From the NCBI GenBank assembly GCA_964016885.1, contig OZ024760.1:10044001-10108000 (forward strand): a stretch of 64,000 bases of DNA, written 5' to 3'. The position numbers were made by a program, and so were the translations under genes. Under the pieces are notes generated by a model that had not been told where the DNA came from, did not search any database, and was given only the letters and a program-made list of their open reading frames with translations. Of the stretch, positions 14,989-28,506 are shown piece after piece (within the stretch, counting starts at the first letter, position 1; the number at the start of each line of letters is the position of its first letter). Origin of the DNA: Eledone cirrhosa (Eukaryota).

Positions 14989-16790
14989 TCAGACAGATAA
15001 TACTTTCCTTAGAATGTGTGCAGTGCCTAGCAAGGCTAATTTTGGTATGAAACCAATCTTGCATGGCATTCCCAACCGCTTTAAGCCATTTGGGAGTTTC
15101 AATGGGACTGACTCGAATGCCCCGACTGCAACTGGTATCCCTTTCATATTATCGCCTCTCAATCCAAACAGTTTTACCATCTCCAATTCAGAGTACTTGG
15201 TGACTGTGCTGAAATCACAAGACTTTCAGTGGTACGCTTCAAATCACCTTGTTTAAGCCATGTTTATGATGTTTTATCTTTGATATCTTCTGTATTTCTT
15301 TCAAACTGACTATGCAGTGTCATCTCCAGATTTTCTTTTCTCTTCTCTTCACCTCTTTGGTTAAACTCTTCCTTACCTTCCATTTCATCTGTATTTATAC
15401 CCATATCTTCTGCTGTATATTGCAACAACTCTTCGTCACTGTTTACCAAATATTCTGCAAGCATTCTCCTTTCACATAATCCACACGAATCATACCTCTA
15501 CCAGCATTCTTTCTCTTCATGTACAATCTGTTTATATTTGCTTTAAGGTGTAAAACTCTGTACAATATCATTAACTTTTTCGTCTTTTTATCCAACTTTG
15601 CTGTTTCTTCTTCAGTCAAACTGAGAATGGATTAACTATAAGTAACCACAGCAACTGCCCAGATATTGACTGCAGTGACTAGATTTCTCGCATTCAGGTT
15701 GAATTTTAAAATCATCTTTACTCTATTTTAAACATGTCTCTAACACTTTCTTTCATTTCTGCATGTAAAATATCGTCCATTTGTAAACTCTCCAAATACT
15801 CGTATCCACGGGGTCTTAACTAAGTCTTTGGTGTCGGGCATGGCTATTTTCTTGAGAGTGCCTAAAATAGAAACAATTATGATATCTGGTCTATTTTCAA
15901 TGTCCTGACAGCGCATGTCGTGAAATCCCACAGTATTATGACAATACTGTGGACTGTCAGTATCGGTAGAGGGTCGGACAACATGCTTTACAGCATAGTT
16001 ACGTCCCTTTACGATCTGAGTTCAAATCCCGCCGAGGTTGACTTTGCCTTTCATCCTTAAGGGGTCGATAAAATAAAGTACCAGTAATGCACTGGGTAAT
16101 TGCTGGCCTTGTGCCTAAAGTAGAAACAATTTTGACAATACCAATTTCTATTACCAGTTCTAAATGGTGTTGAGGCCAGTTTTTCGTTATTTCTTTTCCA
16201 TAGAATTTACATAATTTCCTATGGCTAAACTGCCCCACTCTGTTCTGTCGCTAAGGTACATGCAGATATTAGGTGATCCACTCTTTCAGTATTTCTGTCA
16301 CAGAACCTGCATTTTAAATTTTTTTTATTCCTCCCAATACGTTTTCTTGTAGAGTCAGTATGAAACATTCTGTTTTTGCTTTCAATCCTGAACTGTGTAG
16401 CCTCAGGTGTGTCAGGGCTCTGTTAACATCAGCTTCCATAGCTCCAGTTAAGTACTGGCCATATAGAGGTTTATTTTGCCATTTTGTCTTCATCTACTCA
16501 ATGTTTCTTTTCTTTCTTAGTTTTTCTAGCTTTTGCTGCCATTCTTGGCAGGAGTTTCGTGTGTTACAGCTGTGTTCAGATTTATTTCCCCTTCATATTT
16601 GGTGACTTCTTTTATCAGGGAGTAAAGCCCTTTGTTGGTTTCAAGATGTTGTACTGCCTACATCATCCAATCATTGGTTGTTTCAAGATGTTGGAGCAGG
16701 TCAGTTGTTGTCTTGGAGACAACAACTGGATTAGTCCTCTGCCTCCCTCACATCTGGACTAGTACAGTCGATCAACGTCTGCAAGGGTAA
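14989..16790 (-). mobile_element. Degenerate R4/Dong-like (RLE endonuclease) non-LTR retrotransposon fragments
   Basis: C-terminal IPVAVGAFESVP...KLALLGTAHILRKVLSV; NRPDIII RLE motif at about 15880-15900; HRKLCKFYG...NW.QH; ADVDRLY..GGRGLI at about 16730-16782. Many stops and frameshifts, probably more than one element, interrupted by a SINE. Confidence 0.7.
15957..16131 (+). mobile_element. tRNA-derived SINE nested in the Dong-like LINE
   Basis: Matches the SINE consensus. Confidence 0.85.
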
Positions 16791-16990
16791 TGCATATGGT
16801 GACATGTGGTATTGTTATTGTGGCATAGAGTCATTGCCCTTTACATTCAGAGTTCAAATCCCGCCAAAGTTAGCTTCGTCTTTCATCCTTGCGTGGTCGA
16901 CTAAATAAAGTACCAGTAATACACTGGATTGATTTAATCTTCTTTCCCACTCCCCTTCAAATTGCTGGCCTTCTGCCTAAAGTAGAAATC

Positions 16991-17024
<34 letters not shown>

Positions 17025-17065
17025 GCGATTATACATCTATTATACATATATATATTCTTTTTTCT

Positions 17066-17180
17066 AAGGCGGGTAAAATTCCCGAGATCCATGGACGAGT
17101 TCTCTTCAGCGGTCTCTGTCCCTCATTATCGCTGCCATGTCCTGCGTCTCCAACAGACCAGTGTCTGTCCTTAGGGCATC
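17066..17180 (-). mobile_element. RTE-like LINE 3' end, second family (short copy)
   Basis: Nearly identical to the reverse complement of 28207-28322. Confidence 0.75.
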
Positions 17181-17438
17181 AACTATACATCTATTATACA
17201 TCTATTATACATATATATATACATCTATTATGCATATATATATATACATATATATATACATATATATATACATCTATTATACATCTATTATACATATATA
17301 TATATACGCCGAGGTTGACTTTGCCTTTCATCCTTACGGGGTCGATAAAATAAAGTACCAGTAATGCACTGGGTAATTGCTGGCCTTGTGCCTAAAGTAG
17401 AAACAATTATACATATATACATATATTAAACATCTGTT

Positions 17439-17520
<82 letters not shown>

Positions 17521-17692
17521 TAAACTAATATATTCTTCCATGTACTGTGCCGTTTGTTTTGTTATTTCTGTTTGCCTTTTAGACACACACACACATATAT
17601 ATATATATAAACTGTATATATATATATATATACAGTAGCATAGTACCCGTTAAGAGTGAAAAAATACTTAATTAAATAATTTCTTGATTATC

Positions 17693-17743
<51 letters not shown>

Positions 17744-17944
17744 AGAACAGCAGTGTGTCGGGTGGTTGTACACATACATATTCACGTGTATGTATTTCTG
17801 TAAGCTGCCGTGTTAGACTTACGTCTGTATATGTAATTTAATTGTAAACGTGTGTTGTAGAGACATCTAACACTGTTGAAATACTTTCTCTTTATCTCTG
17901 GTGATCCTTCACATAACCACGCACAAATGTTGTACTCCATAGCA

Positions 17945-18760
17945 CACACACACACATAGACAGATACACACACAGATATACTACACACAGACACATACAC
18001 ACACACACACAGACAGATACACATACACAGATACACACACACACAGATATACTACACACACACACACACACACACAGACAGATACACACACACACACACA
18101 CATACAGACACAGATATACTACACACAGACACATACACACACACACAGAGATACACACACACACAGACACATACACACATACACACTCAGATATACTACA
18201 CACAGACACATACACACACACACAGAGATACACACACACACACACACACACATACACACACAGATATACTACACACAGACACATACACACACACACATAC
18301 AGATATACTACACACAGACACATACACACACACACAGAGATACACACACACACAGACAGATACACACACACACACACACACACATACACACACAGATATA
18401 CTACACACAGACACATACACACACACACAGAGATACACACACACACATACAGATATACTACACACAGACACATACACACACACACAGAGATACACACACA
18501 CACAGACAGATACACACACACACACACACACACATACACACACAGATATACTACACACAGACACATACACACACACACAGAGATACACACACACACATAC
18601 AGATATACTACACACAGACACAGACAGATACACACACACACACGCGCACAGATACACTCAGATACAGACACATACACACACAGATATACACACAGACACA
18701 TACACACACACACACACACACACCCACACACACACACACACACCCCACACACACACACAA
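17945..18760. repeat. CA-rich compound minisatellite
   Basis: CAGATATACTACACACAGACACATAC... repeated. Confidence 0.85.
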
Positions 18761-18903
18761 TTCGTTTTTGAATTTGTTTTGTGAGATTTCTTATCTGAAA
18801 ACGTGTGTTGAAACCGATATTGTACTTGGCAATATGACCCTCCCAAAGTATAACAATATATATATATATATATATAACAATATATATATATATATATATA
18901 ACA

Positions 18904-18992
<89 letters not shown>

Positions 18993-19199
18993 CCTTCCTT
19001 GCTCACATTCCAACCAGGTTTGATGGTCTTTATTCTCTCGTTCACGATTTCACCGAACTTAAATTCATAGAAATCTGGGACTTGTCTCCTTCTTCCTCAC
19101 TTTTTGTTGCCTCACCATTTTGTTTGTTTACCCTCGCGTCCCCTTTATTTACGTGTCCCAACGACTTTTTTTAGCCGTTGCTCGCACCAACCGGAGGTA

Positions 19200-19263
19200 T
19201 ATGGTCTTTAAAGCGACGAAATGCCTATGATGGTTGGAAGATCACTGATGAAGGACAAACTTT

Positions 19264-19313
<50 letters not shown>

Positions 19314-19372
19314 AAAGTTTGTCCTTCATCAGTGATCTTCCAACTATCATAGGCATTTCATCGCTTTAAAGA

Positions 19373-19430
<58 letters not shown>

Positions 19431-19489
19431 AAAGTTTGTCCTTCATCAGTGATCTTCCAACTATCATAGGCATTTCATCGCTTTAAAGA

Positions 19490-19551
<62 letters not shown>

Positions 19552-19610
19552 AAAGTTTGTCCTTCATCAGTGATCTTCCAACTATCATAGGCATTTCATC
19601 GCTTTAAAGA

Positions 19611-19615
<5 letters not shown>
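19200..19615. repeat. About 67-bp element fragment: one forward and three inverted copies separated by (TA)n
   Basis: GAAAAAAGTTTGTCCTTCATCAGTGATCTTCCAACTATCATAGGCATTTCATCGCTTTAAAGACCA three times. The forward copy at 19201-19268 contains CTGATGAAGGAC, a 5' half hammerhead core. Confidence 0.85.
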
Positions 19616-19666
<51 letters not shown>

Positions 19667-19706
19667 TAAAAGTGACTAAGGTGGAGTGTGGTTACTAATA
19701 AATATT

Positions 19707-19893
19707 GTGGATTGGCAGTATTGGTAGAGGTTCGGACGCCATGCTTTGACGCATAGAGTTACGGCCCTTGCCATTCTGAGTTCAAATCCCGCCGAGGTTA
19801 ACTTTGCCTTTCATCCTTACGGGGTTGATAAAATAAAGTACCAGTAATACACTGGTTATTTGCTGGCCTTGTGCCAAAAGTAGAAACAATTAT
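19707..19893 (+). mobile_element. tRNA-derived SINE copy
   Basis: Matches the consensus. Confidence 0.85.
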
Positions 19894-20344
19894 TTAGAGA
19901 ACGTAAGAGAAAAACAAACATAAAGAGAGTTCCCTCTCCTCGGCCGTCTATACTGGGCAGGGTGCCTATATATATATATTGGGCAGGCTGTCTATATTGG
20001 GCAGGCTGTCTATATTGGGCAGGGTGCCCTATATATATGGTGGGCAGGGTGCTTGTATGCAGCCTAAATAGGTCGACTAGTGCGTACACGTAGTTCCATC
20101 TGTTACTATTATAACTCTTAAAGGGAACTACTCACCATCTAATAAGGTTTATATCAGAGGTTCTCAAAGTGGGCGCTATCACACACACTCACACACCGCC
20201 CACCCCAGGGGAGCGTTGTGGAGGTCCTGGGGGTGCTGGGGCCTAAGGGACCGGCGGGGACAGTAGAGATGATATAATAGTGTATTAAATATGAAATAAT
20301 ACATATTATATATAAATATAGTAAAATAAAAAATATATAACATT

Positions 20345-20735
20345 AATTTATATATAGTAATTTATACCTAGTTTATATTATATTATTTACCTTTCATCCT
20401 TACGGGGTCGATAAAATAAAGTACCAGTAATACCCTGGGTAATTGCTGGCTTTGTGCCTAAAGTAGAAACAATTAATTAATATATAGTAATTTATACCTA
20501 GTTTATATTATATTATTTACCTTTCATCCTCACGGGGTCAAAAAAATAAAGTACCAGTAATGTACTGGGTAATTGCTGGCCTTGTGCCTAAAGTAGAAAC
20601 AATTAATTAATATATAGTAATTTATACCTAGTTTATATTATATTATTTACCTTTCATCCTCACGGGGTCAAAAAAATAAAGTACCAGTAATGTACTGGTT
20701 ATTTGCTGGCCTTGTGCCTAAAGTAGAAACAATTA
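20345..20735 (+). repeat. 130-bp tandem triplication containing the SINE 3' half
   Basis: TATATAGTAATTTATACCTAG...CCTTTCATCCT...AGTAGAAACAATTA three times. Confidence 0.9.
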
Positions 20736-21852
20736 TTTATTATATATAAATTAACGATTTGGTGGTGGTGGTGGTAGTGGCGGTAGTGGTAGTGGTGGTA
20801 GTGGTGGTGGTGGTGGTGGTGGTGGTGGTGGTGGTAGTGGTGGTAGTGGTGGTGGTGGTGGTAGTGGTGGTGGTGGTGGTGGTAGTGGTGGTGGTAGTGG
20901 CGGTAGTGGTGGTGGTGGTAGTGGTGGTAGTGGTGGTGGTGGTGGTGATGGTGGTGATGGTGGTGCTGGTGGTAGTGGCGGTGGTGGTGGTAGTGGTGGT
21001 GGTAGTGGTGGTAGTGGCGGTGGTGGTGGTGCTGGTGGTGGTGTAAGTTGTAGAGAATTCTCTGCTGTATCAGTTGTTTTAAAGACGACATCCAGTGCAC
21101 CACTTCCGGTCTGTATGTAACGAGAGGTTTCATGCTTCTTCAGGGACAACGGTTAAAAATAGCTCTCACTTGTCAGAGTTGTTTACAGTGTTGTTGTTGT
21201 TGTTGCTGTTGCTGCTGCTGCTGCTGCTGCTTCCCCTCACTGTGATGTTGTTTTCAGGATCTACCAACTCATAATATTATAATATTATAAAATTAAATCA
21301 AAATTGTTTTAACACTATAAGTGAAGTCATTCTTTTCCTTTTTTTCAAATATACCTAACTGTACCAAGGATCTCACACATTTTCCAATATATATATATAT
21401 ATAGTCCAGAATTAGCCGTCGAAACGGCTTGAGCTCAGCCGTCGGGGTCCTACTCGTTCCTATTACCCACTCTACTACCCTAAGTATTGAGTACTTTGGT
21501 GCATTATGGTCCACATTTCCTTCGTTATATATATATATATATATATTTCGTTTCTGAATTTGTTTAGCAAGATTCTTTATCTGAAAACGTGTGTTGAAAC
21601 CGATATTGTTAAACTTTGGGAGGGTCATGTTGCCAATAAGAAACACACGCACCAGTTGCTTTCATTTCAATTTATTATAAATTAAATTTATAAATTTAGG
21701 AATTTATAAATTTCCGGTTGGTTGGTTGGTTGGTTCCACAACCAGACGATTGTTCATATATTGTCAAAGTTCTTTCGTCACATTTCAATAAATTGAAGTG
21801 AAAGCAACTGGTGCGTGTGTTTTTTATTGGCAACATGACCCTCCCAAAGTAT

Positions 21853-21883
<31 letters not shown>

Positions 21884-22163
21884 CGATATTAACAAATGGA
21901 AACTATATTTATAAAACCATATTTATTTCATTATACATATTTCAAGGACACCAAGTTAAATTATGGTGTGCTTTCATCAGATAAAATATAATATAGATCA
22001 GTTTTATAAATAAATATTGACATACCCTTAAAGAATGCAACCATTACTGTTGGAAGCTTCCGGAAGCTTAATATCGTATTTTTACTCCAAATATTTGTTG
22101 AGTGCTTTATAACAGTTATAAAAATATTTGCTTGTTGTATCCCAACAATTTAAATAGAACTCT

Positions 22164-22239
<76 letters not shown>

Positions 22240-22265
22240 ATATTTATATTTATATATATATATAT

Positions 22266-22464
22266 AGTGGTAGAACACTGGAAGGTAATATCCGTGGTGG
22301 TAGAGCACTCAGTCCATGGGACGAGTTAGGTACAAGTGGTTACACAACAGCTAGTTCACCATACCGAGAACAATTGTTTCACCGTAGCGGATCCTTACGA
22401 GCTGAGGATCCGCTACGATGAAACAATTGTTCTCGGTATGGTGAACTAACTGTTGTATAACCAC

Positions 22465-22468
<4 letters not shown>
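22266..22468. mobile_element. (TA)n-embedded fold-back element with hammerhead 3' half
   Basis: Hairpin CGTAGCGGATCCT...AGGATCCGCTACG followed by GAAACAATTGTT. A second copy of the left arm lies at 105-212. Confidence 0.65.
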
Positions 22469-22503
<35 letters not shown>

Positions 22504-22648
22504 GATAAATCTACCAAGAGTTTACGGTAGTGTTGAATATGCATGCCAATTCTAACACATATATGTCCTAAAAACGATCGTTAAATAATGAACTTTTTTT
22601 GTTTAATATAAGGAACTGTTTCATTGTTTTATTCATTATTTTTTTAAT

Positions 22649-22708
<60 letters not shown>

Positions 22709-22948
22709 TATACTTTGTGAAGGTCATGTTGCCAATAGAAAGACACGCACCTGCTAGATTTTACTTCAATTTATTATAAACTCCCGGTCGGTTAGATTAA
22801 TAATGGTGTAGGACAGAACAAAGGAGAGGTACAATCAATAACTAAACAGCCATCCGGTTATTAAACTAACAGACGGGGAGTTTATAATAAATTGAAGTAA
22901 ATCCAACAGGTGCGTGTGTTTCAACACCAATTTATATATATATATCCG

Positions 22949-23004
<56 letters not shown>

Positions 23005-23007
<3 letters not shown>

Positions 23008-23465
23008 AAAATTTTATTTAAAATTGTTGGGTTACAACGAGTAAATATTTTATAACTGATATAAAAGCACTCAACAGATTTTGGAGTATTTTACGATATT
23101 AAACAAATGGAAACTACATTTATAAAACCATATTTATTTCATTATATATATTTCAGGGATATCATATTAAAAATATGGTATGCCCTCTTCAGACAAAATA
23201 CAATATATAAACAGTTTTATAAATAAATTTGACATACCTTGAAAAATTTTACAACTTCCATTTAAAAAGTTGTTATGGTACCATAACAACTTTTTAAATG
23301 GAAGTTGTAAAATTGTTCAAGGTATGTCAAATTTATTTATAAAACTGTTTATATATTGTATTTTGTCTGAAGAGGGCATACCATATTTTTAATATGATAT
23401 CCCTGAAATATATATAATGAAATAAATATGGTTTTATAAATGTAGTTTCCATTTGTTTAATATCG
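23005..23465. mobile_element. Family C element, near-perfect fold-back with apex at about 23280
   Basis: 23094-23277 is inverted at 23284-23465 around GGTACC; each arm carries CTGAAGA-GGGCATACCATAT...ATATGATATCCCT-GAAA. Confidence 0.85.
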
Positions 23466-23657
23466 TATATATATATATATATATATTATTCAAAATGTTA
23501 TTAAATGAAAAATATTCTCATAATCAAAATATATATTTTATTATATATATTTCAAAGGTACAATGGTGTTGAAGTACGTTTTCATCAGACGAAATATATG
23601 ATTTGATATTGTAATATTGTATTCGTTGAGTAATCAACGAACCATATTAATTTTAGG

Positions 23658-23725
<68 letters not shown>

Positions 23726-24016
23726 CGAAGGAAATGTGGTAAGGAACCAGGTGGACCATAGCGCACCAGAGTACTCAATACTTAGTGTAGTAGAGAATTA
23801 GCCGTCGAATTAGCCGTAGAGAATTAGCCGTCGAAACGGCTTGAGCTCAGCCGTCGGGGTCCTACTCATTCCTATATATATATATATATATAGTAATAAT
23901 AATAATAAATGTGAAGGCTAAAATCCAAAGAGTTTCAGGAGATCCAGTTACGGGTGAAAGCAGTGACTCTTTGCTTAAACTTTAATCTGTTATTTTAATA
24001 AATAAATAAATATAAA

Positions 24017-24078
<62 letters not shown>

Positions 24079-24094
24079 GTTATATATATATATA

Positions 24095-24735
24095 TTCAAA
24101 AGTTCTATTTAAAATTGTTGGGATACAACAAGTAAATATTTTTATAACTGATATAAAGCACTCGACAAGTATTTGGAGTAGATATACGATATTAATAAAT
24201 GGAAACTATATTTATAAAACCATATTTATTTCATTATACATATTTCAGGGATACCAAATTAAATTATGGTATGCCTTCATCAGACAAAATACAATATATA
24301 ACAGTTTTACAAATAAGCTGATGACTTAATATCTCTCTGTTGCTTTCCTCTGTTTTTCTTATTTCTTCCTTTTTTCTTTTTTCTTTCTTTCCTCCTGTCT
24401 TTATTTATCTCTTTCTTTTTTCTCCATGCATTTCTCTCTCTCCGATTTTTCTCCACGTTTTTTCTTTCTCTCTCTCCGTCTTTTTCTTTCTCTCCGTCTT
24501 TTTCTAATTGTCCTTAACACTATGACTTATTAAAATAATATAAACAACTCACTATCCAGATGGCTTCCAAAAATAATGGTTGCATTTTAAAAGGGTACGT
24601 CAAAGCTTATTTGTAAAACTGTTATATATTGTATTTTGTCTGATGAAGGCATACCATAATTTAATTTGGTATCCCTGAAATATGTATAATGAAATAAATA
24701 TGGTTTTATAAATATAGTTTCCATTTATTAATATC

Positions 24736-24740
<5 letters not shown>
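24095..24740. mobile_element. Family C element, inverted pair
   Basis: 24185-24318 is inverted at 24605-24738. Other family C copies at 21882-22165, 23490-23600, 28350-28500, 38036-38250, 43355-43522, 45068-45315 and 62520-62882. Confidence 0.85.
24636..24689 (+). ncRNA. Hammerhead-like motif of family C
   Basis: TTGT-CTGATGA-AGGCATACCA-TAATTTAATT-TGGTATCCCT-GAAA-TATGTA-TAA. Same motif at 43421-43475(+), 62690-62743(+), 21930-21985(-), 38045-38100(-) and 45119-45174(-). Stem I register is uncertain. Confidence 0.65.
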
Positions 24741-24789
<49 letters not shown>

Positions 24790-24793
<4 letters not shown>

Positions 24794-25188
24794 GATGTAT
24801 AATATATTTGGCAATATACTGTATGTTTAATTAAAAACATTTTGAAGACCATACGCTATCGGTTTTAAAGTAGTGACTATGTCACTTATTTCTTTTCGGC
24901 GAAAGAAGGGAGAGAAGCTAACAGTCTGTTTCACACTGGTTGACGATCATCAGAGCCACGCACTCCCTGCTTCCGCCAAAAATTATAGAAGCTGGATTCT
25001 TATAGAATTCCAGTAATAATCTGGAGCTGATTATACAGAGCGATTGGTGGTCCAGCAAAAATTAGGTATTAGGATTGGTGCTCTGAAATAGCGATGGTCT
25101 TCTAAATGTTTTTAATTAAACATACCGTATATTGCCAAATATACTATACATACATTCATGTATACATCGCTATGTCAGAGCACCAATC

Positions 25189-25195
<7 letters not shown>
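24790..25195 (-). mobile_element. Family D element with internal inversion
   Basis: Near-identical to 30285-30612; 25087-25150 is an inverted copy of 24795-24860. Confidence 0.8.
24916..24957 (-). ncRNA. Hammerhead motif of family D
   Basis: GGCT-CTGATGA-TCGTCAACCAGTGT-GAAA-CAGACTG-TT-AGCT; identical copy at 30404-30445. Stem II is weak. Confidence 0.65.
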
Positions 25196-25224
<29 letters not shown>

Positions 25225-25745
25225 CCACAACAGTGGTGTTGGTAGTGGGAGTAGTGCTGGTAGTGGTAGTAGTGTTGGTAGTGGTGTTGGTGCTGGTAGT
25301 GGTGTTGGTATGGTGCTGGTAGTGGTAGTGGTGTTGGTAGTGGTGCTGGTAGTGGTGGTGGTGGTAGTGGTGTTGGTAGTGGTGTTGGTGCTGGTAGTGG
25401 TAGTGGTGTTGGTAGTGGTGCTGGTAGTGGTGCTGGTAGTGGTGCTGGTAGTGGTGCTGGGTAGTATGTACGCACCCTTTTCCCAGACTCTTTCTTCACA
25501 TGCGTAGATCTCCCGCCCCCGCCCCCATTCCTACATCCGACAACACCCTCCCCATACCTTCTCAACAACCTTCACACATATCGAACACACACACACACAC
25601 TAACAATAAACACACACACACTAACAGTAAACACACACACTAACAGTAGCACACACACACACTAACAGTAACACAGACACACACACACACACACTAACAG
25701 TAGCACACACACTAACAGTAACACACACACACACACACTAACAGT

Positions 25746-25781
<36 letters not shown>

Positions 25782-25814
25782 CAGTAGCACACACACACAT
25801 ACACACACACTAAC

Positions 25815-25851
<37 letters not shown>

Positions 25852-25855
25852 CAGT

Positions 25856-25900
<45 letters not shown>

Positions 25901-26178
25901 TCCTTCCGGTGATATTGGACGTAACAACATATATTTGTTATGCTTTGATTAAAATGCTGAGGGCGTTGTGAGGTGAGGTGGGTGGTGGGGTGAGGTGGGT
26001 GGTGGGCTGAGGCGCGGTGGGGCGGTGGGGAGGGGCGCGGTGGGTGGTGATAGGAGGTAGGGTGCTTGTGGTGGTGGCAGGGACGGGAGTTGTAAAATAG
26101 GTAAGGGGGCGAGAATACTTACACAATTAACATATATTTCAACCCGTCCTATATATAGTGTATGGGCGCAAGTATATA

Positions 26179-26250
26179 TCTATATATATAAAGTTGTATT
26201 CCTGTCTGTCTGTCTGTTTGTTTGTTCACGAACTCCTCCTATGGTTTTGG
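26179..26250 (+). mobile_element. Non-autonomous Helitron 5' end
   Basis: A|TCTATATATATAAAGTTGTATTCC(TGTC)n(TGTT)n, the usual 5' layout of invertebrate non-autonomous Helitrons. Confidence 0.5.
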
Positions 26251-26527
26251 AGATAGAGCCCCATAACCTCGGTGGGATTTGAATCCAGAACGTAAAGGGT
26301 CGAAACACCATACCGTGAAGCACGGACGGTGTCCAACGCTCCCCCCGATTACTGCCAATCTACCACTCTAGTTACCTAAATAATAATTGTTTCTACTTTA
26401 GGCACAAGGCCAGCAATTATACCAGTACATTACTGGTACTTTATTTTATCGACCCCGTACGGATGAAAGGCAAAGTTAACCTAAATAATAACTAGTCAAT
26501 TCTTCGGTTTAGTAACCGGGTGACTGT

Positions 26528-26930
26528 TTAACCCGTTAGCACTTAAACCTGCCATATCCCGCCAGAATTCTCTCACCTCTTTCTATTCAAACCGGCCGTA
26601 ACTGGCTGCTCATACTTATGTTAAGGTATTGTTCTCAGAATAAATAATATCAAAATCTCGTAGATTCGATATTATTGTTTCTAATTTTGGCAAAAGGCCA
26701 GCAATTATCTCAGTGCATTACTGGTACTTTTTTATCGACCCCGTAAGGATGAAAGGCAAAGTTAACCTCAGCGGGATTTGAACTCAGACCATAAAGGGCC
26801 GTAACTCTTTGTTGTAAAGCATGGCGTCCGACTCTCTACCGATACTGCCGCGAGATAATTATGTGAAAATAAAGTGTTAACGGTGAAAATACAATAGTAA
26901 ATATAGAGTTATGGAAATGCTAAAGGGTTA
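26528..26930. mobile_element. piggyBac-type MITE with nested SINE (26672-26850, minus strand)
   Basis: TTAA-CCCGTTAGCACTT ... AAATGCTAAAGGG-TTAA: imperfect TIRs and TTAA target duplication. Confidence 0.75.
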
Positions 26931-27005
26931 ATTGTCACATTTAATTGTGAATAAAAGATATATTTCTTTATTTACCATAAAGGCATTAATTGTGAATTGT
27001 GAATA

Positions 27006-27115
<110 letters not shown>

Positions 27116-27189
27116 TTACATAAAGGGAGAAAAAAGAGTCTATATTTGAATGCGCTGCAGAGAAAGGTAGACATATATCTTATTTAATT

Positions 27190-27232
27190 GTCAAAAATCT
27201 TTCATCACACATTCTGTGACCGTCTCAATGAC
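27190..27232 (-). ncRNA. Variant hammerhead-like motif (U3:A8 covariant)
   Basis: GTCA-TTGAGAC-G-GTCAC-AGAATGT-GTGAT-GAAA-GATTT-T-TGAC, near a (TAGA)n tract; related fragment at 21761-21786. Confidence 0.4.
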
Positions 27233-27299
27233 TTCTTGCCAGTCTGTGTCTCTTCTTCATTTTGTTATATTTAATCCATCTTTTATTCACAATTAAATG

Positions 27300-27349
27300 T
27301 CACGTCTTGTAATGTCCCATTTTTGTACACCCTTGTGGCAAATAAAGAA

Positions 27350-27384
<35 letters not shown>

Positions 27385-27570
27385 CACCTATTTTTTATGC
27401 CTTTATGGTAAATAAAGAAATCTATCTATCTATCTATCTATTGGGGATTTTGATTGTTGTAATTGTTTGTTTTTATATTTTTTACACGACTGTATGTAAA
27501 ATCCCCGGCATGTCTTTGTATTGTCCCCTTTTCTTGTGCGCCCTTGTGGCTAATAAAGAAATATATCTAT
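27300..27570 (+). mobile_element. Retroelement 3' UTR fragments ending AATAAAGAAA(TCTA)n
   Basis: Three successive ends (GGCA/GGTA/GGCT)AATAAAGAAAT followed by (CTAT)n; close copy at 57295-57430. Confidence 0.6.
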
Positions 27571-27951
27571 CTACCTATTTATCACATTCACTGTCTTTCT
27601 TTCTTACTCTCTCTCTCTCTCTCTCCCCTCTTTCTCCCCCTCTCTCCCTCTCTGTCTCTCCCTCTCTCGTCATCTGTCTATCCCCCACTCCCATCACACA
27701 TATATCTCTCTCTCTCCCTCTTTCTCCCACTATCTCCCCCCTGTAGTCATCTCTCGCTCTCCCCCACTTCCACCCCACCTCTCTCTCTCTCTCTCCACAC
27801 CTATCTCTCTCTCTCTCACTATTATCTATCTATCTCTCCTCCCTCGCTATCTCAGTAACCACTAACCATATTTACATTGAATTTGACAATTTACCTCACA
27901 CCAAATGATTTGTTTTCCTACATTGCCTTGTGCGTGTGTGTTAACCTCTGT

Positions 27952-27998
<47 letters not shown>

Positions 27999-28001
<3 letters not shown>

Positions 28002-28322
28002 GGGGCTCCCAAAGGAGCACTGAGTGCAATGTCAACTCTGAATGTCGGTGAGCATGTCCAGCTAACCTCAGTCTCCTCTGTGTCACTTTTGAGCTGACTT
28101 TTGGGATGCTCCCATACAGCTCTGAGTTTTTCATCCTCAGTGTATACTGATTAATGTTCAGAGCCATGGACACACTAGAAGAGGAAGACCAAGGTTAACG
28201 TATGTTGATGCCCTAAGGACAGACACTGGTCTGTTGGAGACGCAGGACATGGCAGCGATAATGAGGGACAGAGACCGCTGGAGAGAACTCGTCCATGGAT
28301 CTCGGGAATTTTACCCGCCTTA
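27999..28322. mobile_element. RTE-like LINE 3' fragment with 5' inversion
   Basis: 27999-28168 minus encodes MALNI...ELYGSIPKVSSKVTQRRLRLAGHAHRHSEL...LLWEPL; 28165-28322 plus continues HGHTRRGRPRLTYVDALRTDTG...RDRDRWRELV; ends in (TAGA)n. Confidence 0.8.
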
Positions 28323-28506
28323 GATAGATAGATAGATATATATATATATATGCAGAGGTTATATTTATTTTAAAAATTTTTAATTTTTTATAACTGATAT
28401 AAAGCACTCAACAGTTTAGTGGAGTAAATATACAATATATTAATAAATGGAAATATTTAAAATATGGTTTTATAAATATAGTTTCCATTTATTAATAAAT
28501 TGTATA

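Noticed and set aside
19308-19615. CRISPR-like identical repeats with spacers
   Set aside because: Spacers are only (TA)n, the context is eukaryotic, and no cas genes are present.
20699-21149. His- or Pro-rich protein exon (also 25170-25568 and 36928-37862)
   Set aside because: Trinucleotide (CCA/CTA)n repeats; no splice or homology support visible.
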